From Gemmatimonadota bacterium (lineage in GTDB: Bacteria > Gemmatimonadota > Gemmatimonadetes > Palauibacterales > KS3-K002), in contig JBDHJS010000028.1 in NCBI GenBank assembly GCA_039586795.1, forward strand, positions 1 through 48,320: DNA of 48,320 bases. Reading direction: 5' to 3'. The translations under genes and the position numbers were made by a program. Under the pieces are notes generated by a model, which had not been told where the DNA came from, made no database searches, and saw only the letters and a list, made by a program, of their open reading frames with translations. This document shows, one piece after another, positions 9,187-17,668 of the stretch. Within the stretch, counting starts at the first letter, position 1. Each line of letters opens with the position of its first letter.

Positions 9187-9196
9187 TCTTCTTGTT

Positions 9197-9430
9197 ACAT
9201 ACCAGCGCAGACCGATGCTCTCACGAAAGAGCGAACACACAATTCGATCTGTCGGTGGAAAGCCCGCCAGATCCGTAAGCATCGTGTCTGCCTGGACTTG
9301 AAGCCCGCCTGTAGGTTCGGATCCCCCGCCGCAGGACTTTCAATCCCGCCAGAAGGGAGCTGTAGCGAGCGCGACACAGGCCGCCTTTAGAGGTAGGTAG
9401 CCCGATGTTTGCGTTCGAAATCGTTCCCAT
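9197..9430 (+). ncRNA. Candidate structured non-coding RNA or long structured 5' leader
   Basis: 17-bp closing stem (9202-9219 with 9278-9295) enclosing hairpins, starting at the predicted TSS of the 9171 promoter; second stem 9294-9346; no family recognised. Confidence 0.35.
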
Positions 9431-9437
9431 CTCAACC

Positions 9438-9453
9438 TGGCATGGTTGATGCC
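9438..9453 (+). promoter_or_regulatory. Sigma-54 (-24/-12) promoter candidate directly upstream of the bEBP gene
   Basis: TGGCATG-GTTG-ATGC, GG-N10-GC spacing. Confidence 0.55.
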
Positions 9454-9465
9454 TTGGAGGTCTGG

Positions 9466-10806
9466 GTGAAGGAGGCAACGCTAATCGTGGTTAGACTCTC
9501 GGACGCATTCACCGAGGTATGGACAGAGCTGGCTGGAGAGCTCGGCGTCGACTTGCGGGTTCCAGGTTCAAACGATGCCTGGGTACCGGGGTCCGACGTT
9601 GCCGCGGTGATCGTGGCTGCGGGTGGGGCGGAACGAGAAGCGCTGGAATGGTTCGAGTCGCAAGCGCCGGAGACCGATGTACCCAACATCGCTGTCGGCA
9701 TCGATGCGAACCACAGGATGGCGGCGCAGCTGGTCGGCGCCGGAGCCAGCGACTATTTCGCGTTGCCACAGGACGCCGAAGTTCTGCGCAACGTGGTGAA
9801 GGGGGCGGTCGAGAGTCGGAGGGCAGCGCTTCGACGAGAGGCGCGCCGAACGTCGGAGGACAAGAGCTCGACCTTCGCGTCTATCATAGGCGAAAGCAGC
9901 GCGTTGAAAGCGGCGCTTACGCCGGCGACGAAGGTTCTTCCGCACGGCGATGCTACGATTCTTATCGTAGGCGAAACGGGAACCGGTAAGGAACTGCTCG
10001 CCCGTGCCGTACACAAAGGTGGCCCACGGGGCGGCGCGCCATTTGTAGCGGTAAACTGCACGGCGCTACCGGCCCAGCTGCTAGAGTCGGAGCTGTTCGG
10101 GCACGAGCGCGGCGCTTTCACCGATGCCAAAGCCGCGAAGCCCGGCCTCTTCGAGGTCGCGGATGGCGGCACGCTGCTGCTGGATGAAGTAGGTGACCTG
10201 GCTCCGGAACTCCAGGCAAAGCTGCTCCGCGTTCTCGAGGACAAGCAGCTGCGCCGGGTGGGAGGGACGACGTGGCGGAAGGCCGACGTCCGCATCATCG
10301 CGGCCACGCACCAGGATCTCGCGAGGGCCGTGCAGCTGGGGACGTTTCGCCAGGACCTGTTCTTCCGGTTGAGCGTCATCAAGCTCACGCTTCCTCCATT
10401 GAGGGAACGGGGCGGCGATGCTGTGCTCATTGCCGAGACGCTCCTCGAGCGTTTGGCGGCCCAGTACGGTCTGCCGGTACCACATATCGATGAGGAAGTT
10501 CGCCGTACACTCCTAACGTACCACTGGCCAGGAAACGTCAGGGAACTCAAGAACTCGGTCGAGCGAGCGCTATTACTCTCGCCGCCGGGAGAGCTGTGCG
10601 TGAAGGAGTTGCTACATCAAGCCTCGAGTGCGCCGGGTGGGAGCGGGCCGATCCCGTTTCCCGCCGCCTTACACGAAATCACGACGGCCGCAGCGCACGC
10701 GACGCTTGATCTATGTCAGGGCAACCGGAGCGAGGCCTCCCGCCGGCTTGGAATATCGCGTGCGCGTTTGGCACGACTGCTCAACAACCATCAACTGACC
10801 GAGTGA
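9466..10806 (+). CDS. Sigma-54-dependent transcriptional activator (NtrC/Fis family bEBP) with degenerate receiver domain
   Basis: GETGTGKE Walker A, ESELFGHERGAFTDA, LLLDEVGD Walker B, FRQDLFFRL, WPGNVREL, C-terminal GNRSEASRRLGISR HTH; start GTG 9466 or 9487. Confidence 0.93.
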   Translation: MKEATLIVVRLSDAFTEVWTELAGELGVDLRVPGSNDAWVPGSDVAAVIVAAGGAEREALEWFESQAPETDVPNIAVGIDANHRMAAQLVGAGASDYFALPQDAEVLRNVVKGAVESRRAALRREARRTSEDKSSTFASIIGESSALKAALTPATKVLPHGDATILIVGETGTGKELLARAVHKGGPRGGAPFVAVNCTALPAQLLESELFGHERGAFTDAKAAKPGLFEVADGGTLLLDEVGDLAPELQAKLLRVLEDKQLRRVGGTTWRKADVRIIAATHQDLARAVQLGTFRQDLFFRLSVIKLTLPPLRERGGDAVLIAETLLERLAAQYGLPVPHIDEEVRRTLLTYHWPGNVRELKNSVERALLLSPPGELCVKELLHQASSAPGGSGPIPFPAALHEITTAAAHATLDLCQGNRSEASRRLGISRARLARLLNNHQLTE

Positions 10807-11501
10807 TGCAGCCGAGGAAACTAGTCATGCGCAGATCAACACTCTTGATCGGTCTGGCGGCAATCATAGTTATCGCCGCCTGCACAGATCCGTTGGCGCC
10901 GGATGTCGGACGAGAACCGCCCGACCTGGCTCCGTGGGTCTGGCATCTATCCGCAGACCGTACCGGCGATGGTGCCGCAGATTCGGAGCTGCACATCGTA
11001 GAAGTATCTGCCTCTGCCCCGCCGCTCGTGACATATGAGGCGAGCTTCTGGGCATGTGGCTGGCGATCGCAGAATCTACTGTTTCACTACTCGTCGGCGC
11101 CGAGCGACGGTGGCTCCCGTGTATTCTTGGAGTTGACGATCCCACAAAAATCTATAACGCGCTGGCCCAGCGGTCGCCACTTCCGCTGGTACCATTGCGT
11201 GGAGATTGGCGTCAAAATCGATCCCAATCATCTGGTCGCGCAGTTCGAACCCAGCGGTCTGAAGTTCAGCCAAGAGCTACCCGCTCAACTGCGAATCTCG
11301 TACAGGGAAGCCAACTTCGACCTCAACGGCGATGGAGTCGTCGATGTCAAGGATGAGCAAATACGCGACCGCGAACTCGGATTATGGCGCCTGCCGCACG
11401 AGAACGGAGTCTGGCAGAGAATTGGTTCGGTGCACGTGAAGGACGCGAAGCGATTCGACGCCAAGCTCTATCAGTTTTCTCAGTACGGTGTCGCCTACTG
11501 A
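10806..11501 (+). CDS. Hypothetical lipoprotein with DxNGDGxxD Ca-binding loop and ZU5-like C-terminal region
   Basis: TGATG overlap with bEBP stop; lipobox IAAC; DLNGDGVVDVKD; FEPSGLKF...FSQYGVAY. Confidence 0.75.
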   Translation: MQPRKLVMRRSTLLIGLAAIIVIAACTDPLAPDVGREPPDLAPWVWHLSADRTGDGAADSELHIVEVSASAPPLVTYEASFWACGWRSQNLLFHYSSAPSDGGSRVFLELTIPQKSITRWPSGRHFRWYHCVEIGVKIDPNHLVAQFEPSGLKFSQELPAQLRISYREANFDLNGDGVVDVKDEQIRDRELGLWRLPHENGVWQRIGSVHVKDAKRFDAKLYQFSQYGVAY

Positions 11502-11532
11502 TAACGATGACGCCCACAGACCGTAGAGAACG

Positions 11533-12519
11533 ATGAGTAGTCATATGATACGGCTAGGTCAGGCGCAGAGTCTCGCAGACGCCGGAAGATATCAAGAGCT
11601 CCTGGACTACCTGGAGCCTGCCAGAAGCGAAGCGTTACTTGGGTCGCCCACCCTCGCGCTCCTTTGCGGAAGCGCCAACGCGCGGCTCGGCCGGGACGTC
11701 GAGGCCACGACATGGGTGGACTTGGCTCTCGAACGCGCTAAGCAACAGGGAGATCTCGCGGTGGAAGCACGAGCGCTAAACATACGCGGGGCAATAGCCT
11801 TGGAAGCGGGGCGTTTGGAGGAGGCGGAGAGCTTCTTCACACGCGGGCTAGATTCAGCCAAACGACAGGACGACCACTCGACTGTCGGCCGCTGTTCGAA
11901 CAACCTCGGAATCATCGCGGACCAGAGGGGAGACTACGGCAAAGCACAATCGTGGTACCGTCTGGCGCTCGCCGCCTACCAACAGGCCGGCTGGGACCGA
12001 GGTATAACAGAAACGTACCACAACCTGGCGATGACCCACCTTGCCGAAGGCAAATACAGGGATGCGCTAACCGAAGCTGATCACGCCATCCAACAGGCGG
12101 ATAAGCTCGGCGATCCTTCGCTCAGCGCACTGGCCCTGGCCGGTAGAGCCGAGATCCGCGTTCTGGAGGGAGACGCGGCATTCGGGCGCAGCGAGATCGA
12201 GCGCGCATTGACCAAGCGTCGCGATGTCGGAGACGTCGTCGGTGAGGCGTACGACCTCAGGGTTCTCGCGATGGCGATGGCCGCCGCAGGCTTTGTCCAG
12301 GACGCGGAAGAGACTCTGCGTGACGTGATCGAGCGAGGCGTGCGGTTGAATCGTCCGCACCTGGCAGCCACCGCAGGCCGTGAGCTCGCTAACCTGCTCG
12401 TGCTCGACGGTCGGCTGACCGAGGCGCGGCAAGTCGCCAGCGTAGCAAGAGACCGTTTCGTACAATTGGGCGCCGAGGCAGACGTCCTTAAGCTCACAAC
12501 GATTGTGGAGGCCAGGTAA
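11533..12519 (+). CDS. Tetratricopeptide repeat protein
   Basis: Repeated TPR units (ALNIRG, CSNNLG, TYHNLA, ALAGRA) with Ala-rich helices. Confidence 0.88.
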   Translation: MSSHMIRLGQAQSLADAGRYQELLDYLEPARSEALLGSPTLALLCGSANARLGRDVEATTWVDLALERAKQQGDLAVEARALNIRGAIALEAGRLEEAESFFTRGLDSAKRQDDHSTVGRCSNNLGIIADQRGDYGKAQSWYRLALAAYQQAGWDRGITETYHNLAMTHLAEGKYRDALTEADHAIQQADKLGDPSLSALALAGRAEIRVLEGDAAFGRSEIERALTKRRDVGDVVGEAYDLRVLAMAMAAAGFVQDAEETLRDVIERGVRLNRPHLAATAGRELANLLVLDGRLTEARQVASVARDRFVQLGAEADVLKLTTIVEAR

Positions 12520-12743
12520 GTCGGGCCGCGTCCCGATCGACAACCTCCTGTAGCCCAGAGTCCAACGTCAACCTGGCCCCATAATCGCCGCACTCGATCC
12601 CTCCGGGTAAGCACTCCACCCTCTAGCTCGGAACAACGGCCTCGAGCCGGCTGTTCTTTCTCCAAGCCTGCATCTAACTGATATTCCTGCGAGCACGTTA
12701 GTCACCCTGAATAGGTAGACACCAACTGATAGGTGAACACTCC

Positions 12744-14354
12744 ATGACCGAACGATATTGCCTGAACAATTCCAAAGAGGGGCGAAACGCGAGGACCGGC
12801 TCGATTCTGGGCTCGAGCTTCATCTGCGGCCTCCTGTTGATCGCGTGGCCTGTCTCTCTCCTGGGCCAGACATATCGCACCGAGGACCCCGTGATTCAGC
12901 GGATGTGGGAAGTGGGGATAGAGAATTCGCAGACGGAGGCGCTGGCCCAGGTCCTGATGGACTCCATCGGGCCGCGCCTCGCGGGATCTCCGGAGCTGGC
13001 GGCGGCCCAGGACTGGCTGATGAGGGTGTACCGCAGCTGGGGCGTCCCAGTTCGAAAGGAGGAGTACGGCAGCTGGAACGGCTGGCGACAGGGCCATCTG
13101 CATGTGGACATGGTGGCGCCGCGCACACAGACCCTGGAGGCCGAGCTGCTCGCCTGGAGCCCTGGCACCGATGGGCCAGTCACGGGCGAGGTCGTCGTGC
13201 CGCCGCAGGGGCTCACCCAGGCCAACGTCGGGGAGTGGCTCCAGACGATCGAGGGTAAGTTCGTGCTGGCCATGGCGCCGGAGCCCATGTGTCGAGCGCC
13301 CCACGAGCTGGAGGAGAACGCCAGACCCGAGACCGTTGCCCGGTTGGACTCTCTGCGCCAGGCTTGGCGGGTCGAGTTCGCACAGCGTGTTCGGCCGCTA
13401 GGCGGCAACCGGGGCCCTGCTCTGCTGGGGCAGTCCGGCGCCGCCGGGATCATCACGTCACGCTGGTCGCAAGGGTGGGGTGTGAACAAGGTATTCAGCG
13501 CACGGAGCAGCGAGATACCCTCGTTTGATTTCTCCTGCGAAGACTACGGGATGCTCTTTCGGATGGCGGAGCGCGGCCAGGGGCCGAGTATCCGTGTTGA
13601 TGCGGATGCTGAATTCTTGGGCTCGGTGCCGCAGTTCAACGTCGTGGCGGAGTTGAGGGGTACGGAGTTACCCGAAGAGTACATCGTTCTCTCCGCGCAC
13701 CTCGATTCATGGCATGCCGCTACCGGCGCAACCGACAACGGCACCGGCACGATCACCATGCTCGAGGCGATGCGAATACTGAAGGAAACCTACCCCAACC
13801 CGCGTCGCACGATCGTGGTCGGTCACTGGGGCGCGGAAGAGATGGGACTGATCGGGTCCCGCTCGTTCACGGAGGATCACCCGGAAGTGATCACGGGTCT
13901 GCAGGCCGCGTTCAACCAGGACAACGGCACGTGGCGCATCGAGAGGATTGAAGGGCAGGGGCTGCTCTACGCCGGCCAGCATATCGGGCGCTGGATATCA
14001 CTCGTTCCCCCGGAGATCAGCGATCACATCACGCTGGAATTCCCGGGTGGCCAGAACAACAGGGGGAGCGACCACGTTGCGTTCCTCTGCCACGGAGCGC
14101 CGGCTTTTCGATTGCAGTCGCCCTACGATGAATACCGGCAGTACACGTGGCATACCAATCGTGACACGTACGATAAGATCGTGTTTGACGACCTGAAGGA
14201 GAACGCGACACTCGCGGCGATGTTGGCCTACGCGGCATCCGAGGATCCGGAGCGCGTGCCCCGAGATCGGTCGATTCTCCCGATCAACCCCAGGACCGGG
14301 TCGCCGAGAGAGTGGTTGACGTGCTCGCCGGCGAACCGAAACCCGGGTCGGTGA
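12744..14354 (+). CDS. Secreted M28 family metallopeptidase (carboxypeptidase Q-like, PA insert)
   Basis: LMDSIGPRLAGS, SAHLDSW, GATDNGTG, GAEEMGLIGS, NQDNG, GSDH, WHTNRDTYDK. Confidence 0.9.
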   Translation: MTERYCLNNSKEGRNARTGSILGSSFICGLLLIAWPVSLLGQTYRTEDPVIQRMWEVGIENSQTEALAQVLMDSIGPRLAGSPELAAAQDWLMRVYRSWGVPVRKEEYGSWNGWRQGHLHVDMVAPRTQTLEAELLAWSPGTDGPVTGEVVVPPQGLTQANVGEWLQTIEGKFVLAMAPEPMCRAPHELEENARPETVARLDSLRQAWRVEFAQRVRPLGGNRGPALLGQSGAAGIITSRWSQGWGVNKVFSARSSEIPSFDFSCEDYGMLFRMAERGQGPSIRVDADAEFLGSVPQFNVVAELRGTELPEEYIVLSAHLDSWHAATGATDNGTGTITMLEAMRILKETYPNPRRTIVVGHWGAEEMGLIGSRSFTEDHPEVITGLQAAFNQDNGTWRIERIEGQGLLYAGQHIGRWISLVPPEISDHITLEFPGGQNNRGSDHVAFLCHGAPAFRLQSPYDEYRQYTWHTNRDTYDKIVFDDLKENATLAAMLAYAASEDPERVPRDRSILPINPRTGSPREWLTCSPANRNPGR

Positions 14355-14406
14355 TGGGCGGTAGTTGAGCGATGTAACTCGAGCAGCGCAGCAAAAGGGG
14401 AAGATC

Positions 14407-14511
14407 ATGAACCGCGGCCGATTCAGTTACGTGTTTATCACGACGGCCGCGGTTCTCGTTTTTGGCGTCTGGTCCTTCGCCTACCACCGATCTCTCAACG
14501 GACCCGAATGA
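14407..14511 (+). CDS. Putative small single-TM protein (34 aa)
   Basis: AAAGGGGAAG RBS then MNRGRFSYVFITTAAVLVFGVWSFAYHRSLNGPE*. Confidence 0.35.
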   Translation: MNRGRFSYVFITTAAVLVFGVWSFAYHRSLNGPE

Positions 14512-14566
14512 AGCGGTCCGGTGTACGTAGGCAGCCGGGAATTCGCACCTCCAACGGGCTGTCCAC

Positions 14567-15922
14567 ATGTCTACAGTTCGATCCTTCGTCCGCTCGATTA
14601 TGGTTATCGTCACCTTTGTGGCGTGCGATGATGACCCAACCGACTTCACGCCCAACGCATGTGGGCCGATCGAGACGTTCGAATCAGGACTCACGGCCAA
14701 CGTGGAAATCCATGTCTCCCCAAGCGGTGACGATGGTGCGGGCGATGGGTCGGAGTCGAGTCCGTTCGCGACGATCTCGCGGGCGGTACGCGATGCCGTC
14801 CGCGGCACGGCGATTCGAGTGCACGAAGGTGTCTATTCCGGCGGCACGTTCCTCAGCGATGTGCGGGGCGCCGAAAGTGCTCCGATTTGGATCGGTGGCG
14901 TGGACGGCGAGAGCCGGCCTCTCATCGATGGCGGTGGGGAAGGGATCCATCTCTCCGAGGTGTCGTACGTCGTTCTTCATGACATAGAAGTCGCCAATAG
15001 CGCGAACAACGGGATCAACACGGACGACGGCGGCGATTATGGCAACGTACAGGCCACCCACCACGTTGTCTTCCGCGATCTCTACGTTCACGATGTTGGC
15101 GGTACAGGGAATCAGGATTGTCTGAAACTATCGGGCGTTAACCACTTCTGGGTGCTGAACAGCGCATTCGAGCGATGCGGCGGTGGCGGATCCGGTAGCG
15201 GGATCGACCACGTCGGTTGTCACAACGGGTTGCTCGCCGGCAACTCCTTCCGTGAGATGTCGGGCAACGCGGTGCAGGCGAAGGGCGGCAGCGAGAACAT
15301 CGAGATCCACGGCAACACGATCGTCGACGGGGGCGCCCGGGCCCTGAACATGGGCGGATCCACCGGCGATGCCTTCTTCCGACCACCGCTGTCAACGACC
15401 TCGCCCAACTTTGAAGCCAGAAACATTCGAGCCGTGGCCAACATCATCGAAGGCGCGACGGCAGCGATCGCGTTCGTCGGGTGCGTCGACTGCCTGGCCG
15501 CCAATAACACGATCGTTGATCCGCAGAATTGGATCTTCCGGATCCTGCAAGAGACGACCACGCATGATGGGTATGAGTTCCTGCCGGCGCAGGATGGATA
15601 CGCGGTCAACAACCTGGTCTATTTCGAGCGTGCCGCGCTGAGCACCGATGTGAACGTGGGGCCCAACACCGACGCGAACAGCTTTGTCTTCGAGAACAAC
15701 CTCTGGTACGCCTGGGACGACCCTGGCCAGTCAGCACCGAGCCTGCCTGGAACGGAGGTCGGCAGCATCGTCGGCTTGGATCCAGCGTTAGTGACCGACT
15801 ACCGAATCGACGCGTCGAGTCCAGCGGTGGGTGCGGGGATCAGGTTGAGCGATGTACGCTCCGATGCCGTCGGAGTCTGCTATGCGAACCCGCCCAGCAT
15901 CGGAGCGTTCGAGGTCTTCTAG
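14567..15922 (+). CDS. Right-handed parallel beta-helix lipoprotein
   Basis: Lipobox FVAC; HVSPSGDDGAGDGSESSPFATISRA start typical of beta-helix proteins; Asn/Gly-rich strands; C-terminal PSIGAFE. Confidence 0.82.
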   Translation: MSTVRSFVRSIMVIVTFVACDDDPTDFTPNACGPIETFESGLTANVEIHVSPSGDDGAGDGSESSPFATISRAVRDAVRGTAIRVHEGVYSGGTFLSDVRGAESAPIWIGGVDGESRPLIDGGGEGIHLSEVSYVVLHDIEVANSANNGINTDDGGDYGNVQATHHVVFRDLYVHDVGGTGNQDCLKLSGVNHFWVLNSAFERCGGGGSGSGIDHVGCHNGLLAGNSFREMSGNAVQAKGGSENIEIHGNTIVDGGARALNMGGSTGDAFFRPPLSTTSPNFEARNIRAVANIIEGATAAIAFVGCVDCLAANNTIVDPQNWIFRILQETTTHDGYEFLPAQDGYAVNNLVYFERAALSTDVNVGPNTDANSFVFENNLWYAWDDPGQSAPSLPGTEVGSIVGLDPALVTDYRIDASSPAVGAGIRLSDVRSDAVGVCYANPPSIGAFEVF

Positions 15923-16764
15923 TTACCTTGTTCGGACCGCTTGAAGAGTTGCTCGAGCAGCTCCTTGAAAGCCGACTGCATCTCATCGACCTTCACTTGT
16001 GAGAGCCCATAGGTTGCCAGCCAGACCAGCGCCACCGGGTCGGCGGCGACGTGCTCGACGGCGACGCGCAACAGCGAATCGCTCAGGTTCTCGACCGTTC
16101 CGGAGAACTCGTAGGGCGGACTGAAGGTGCGGACGACGCCGCGGAACACCTGTCCCGCGGCCGTTCGGAAGGCATAGGGGTCGCCGGGCTTGAGTCCCGT
16201 CATGCTACCTTCGGCGAGTATCCCCTCAGGGCCCATCAGGAGCTCCCAGCCGCTCTCGGTCGTGGTGGTCAGCGCAGTTCTGGCCCAGGCCACCTTCCGC
16301 GCCATGCCGGGATGCTTCTCCAGGTAGAGTCGCAGGCTGTTGAGCTCGTAACGCCAGCCGAGGCGCACTCCGTGGTATTCTTGGTCCCACGATGCGTCGG
16401 CGCCGAAGCCGGAGTGAACGACTCGCAGGACCGTGCCGCCCGCTTTCGCCTCGAGGTGGAAATCGATGACGATCTCCACAGGCGTCGGCGGCGCTGAGGG
16501 GTCGGCCTGGACGGGTTTCGTATATGTCGTGCGGAGGTGCTTGCTCGGCTCCCAAAGCTGGATCTTCTGCGGCCACTCCACGCACAAGTCTTCCCAACTC
16601 AGCCAGATCTCTCCGCCGGCGCCTGGGGTGACTCGGGCGTCGAGGGGAAACCAGTTCATCAACTCATCGGCTTCGGTGAGGGCGCGCCACACCGCGTCTA
16701 CGGGGGCGGCGATCTCGATCTCGTCTTTGATGGTGCGGGTCGCGGTCTCATTCGCGGAAGTCAT
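15919..16764 (-). CDS. SRPBCC (Aha1-like) domain protein
   Basis: IEIAAPVDAVWRALTEADELMNWF, GTVLRVVHSGF, GWRYELNSLRLYLE. Confidence 0.88.
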   Translation of the reverse strand: MTSANETATRTIKDEIEIAAPVDAVWRALTEADELMNWFPLDARVTPGAGGEIWLSWEDLCVEWPQKIQLWEPSKHLRTTYTKPVQADPSAPPTPVEIVIDFHLEAKAGGTVLRVVHSGFGADASWDQEYHGVRLGWRYELNSLRLYLEKHPGMARKVAWARTALTTTTESGWELLMGPEGILAEGSMTGLKPGDPYAFRTAAGQVFRGVVRTFSPPYEFSGTVENLSDSLLRVAVEHVAADPVALVWLATYGLSQVKVDEMQSAFKELLEQLFKRSEQGN

Positions 16765-17391
16765 TCATCTATCTCCTGTGGGTTGGGGCGTTGATTCCTG
16801 TGTCTGTGACAGCACGGGGTAGGCGCCGATGAAGAGTTTGAAGCGCCGGGCGTCGGCGGCGCCATCGTCGTGGTACTTCGCCACCAGCTGTGCCACCGCG
16901 TTACTTAGCTCCTCGGCAAACGCGTTGCGGTCGGCGACCGAGGCGAAGCTGATCTCGCTTCCCAGACTGAACGTTGCCAGGCGCTTGCCGGCGGCGTCCG
17001 CCCGGGCGCGCAGTGTTCCCAGCTCGTTGATCATCTGCGCCGCCATGGCGACCAGGTAGGTCGAGGAGAAACGATCTTTAATCTCCTCGGGATCCGCGGC
17101 TAGCTCGCCCAGCACCTCGGGGGTGATCAGGTAGTGGCGGGCGGTCGCACGAAAGAGCCGCTCCATGCAGTTGCCTTTGCGGCGCTCTTCCACGAACTCC
17201 ACCAGCCCTTCTCTCTCCAGCTCCCGGAGGTGGTAGTTGACCCGCTGGCGGGGAAGGCCGAGCCCGTCAGCGACGGAAGTTGCGGAGCCGGGCTCGCGAA
17301 GCAGTTCCAGGATCTCCTGGCGAAGCGGGTTGAGGAGGGAAGCCGCGCGATCGGGCTGCTGGATCAGTTGAATAGCCGCAGTAGTGGTCAT
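16765..17391 (-). CDS. ArsR/HTH_20 family transcriptional regulator
   Basis: LLNPLRQEILELLREPGSATSVADGLGLPRQRVNYHLRELEREGLV; ATG 17391 with GGAG RBS; abuts the SRPBCC gene. Confidence 0.88.
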   Translation of the reverse strand: MTTTAAIQLIQQPDRAASLLNPLRQEILELLREPGSATSVADGLGLPRQRVNYHLRELEREGLVEFVEERRKGNCMERLFRATARHYLITPEVLGELAADPEEIKDRFSSTYLVAMAAQMINELGTLRARADAAGKRLATFSLGSEISFASVADRNAFAEELSNAVAQLVAKYHDDGAADARRFKLFIGAYPVLSQTQESTPQPTGDR

Positions 17392-17420
17392 GGGGCGCTC
17401 CAGAAAAAAAATACTGTATA

Positions 17421-17451
17421 GACAAAATAATGTGTCCAAAGCTGATGTCAA
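17421..17451 (-). promoter_or_regulatory. Promoter and probable operator of the ArsR-SRPBCC operon
   Basis: Minus strand TTGACA-16 nt-TATTTT; GACA-N8-TGTC palindrome at 17421-17436 in an AT-rich patch. Confidence 0.5.
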
Positions 17452-17526
17452 GTCCTTATTTCCTTGCATTGACGGTAGGAAACTGAAAGTAGATTTACAT
17501 TTTGCGCTCCGCTAGATGGGTGGTAG

Positions 17527-17652
17527 CGCTGGGCCGTGGGGGCGCATGGCGGCGCTATTGGAATCGGGAGCCGAGAGGGCCGGGGCTGTGTTTTTCGGGT
17601 GACTTTGCCAAATTGCGATGATACGCGACCGAATGCTCGGCCGGAGAACTGA
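17527..17652 (+). pseudogene. Remnant of histidine kinase HATPase_c C-terminus
   Basis: RWAVGAHGGAIGIGSREGRGCVFRVTLP matches the post-G2-box tail consensus; preceded by in-frame TAG, no start. Confidence 0.55.
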
Positions 17653-17668
17653 CAACGGAGGTATCTAG

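Noticed and set aside
9259..9352. Possible mini CRISPR array
   Set aside because: Repeats are short and degenerate, the period is only 41 bp, and no cas genes are present
9112..9390. 92-aa ORF in the HD-GYP/bEBP intergenic region
   Set aside because: No recognisable motif or convincing RBS; it spans the promoter motif
9350..9410. c-di-GMP-I riboswitch suggested by GGTAGGTAGC
   Set aside because: The GGCAAAC...GAAA...GACGCAAAG core is not present
12707..12740. Imperfect direct repeat ATAGGT..ACAC upstream of the peptidase
   Set aside because: Only two short copies 18 bp apart, one overlapping the RBS; too weak to call
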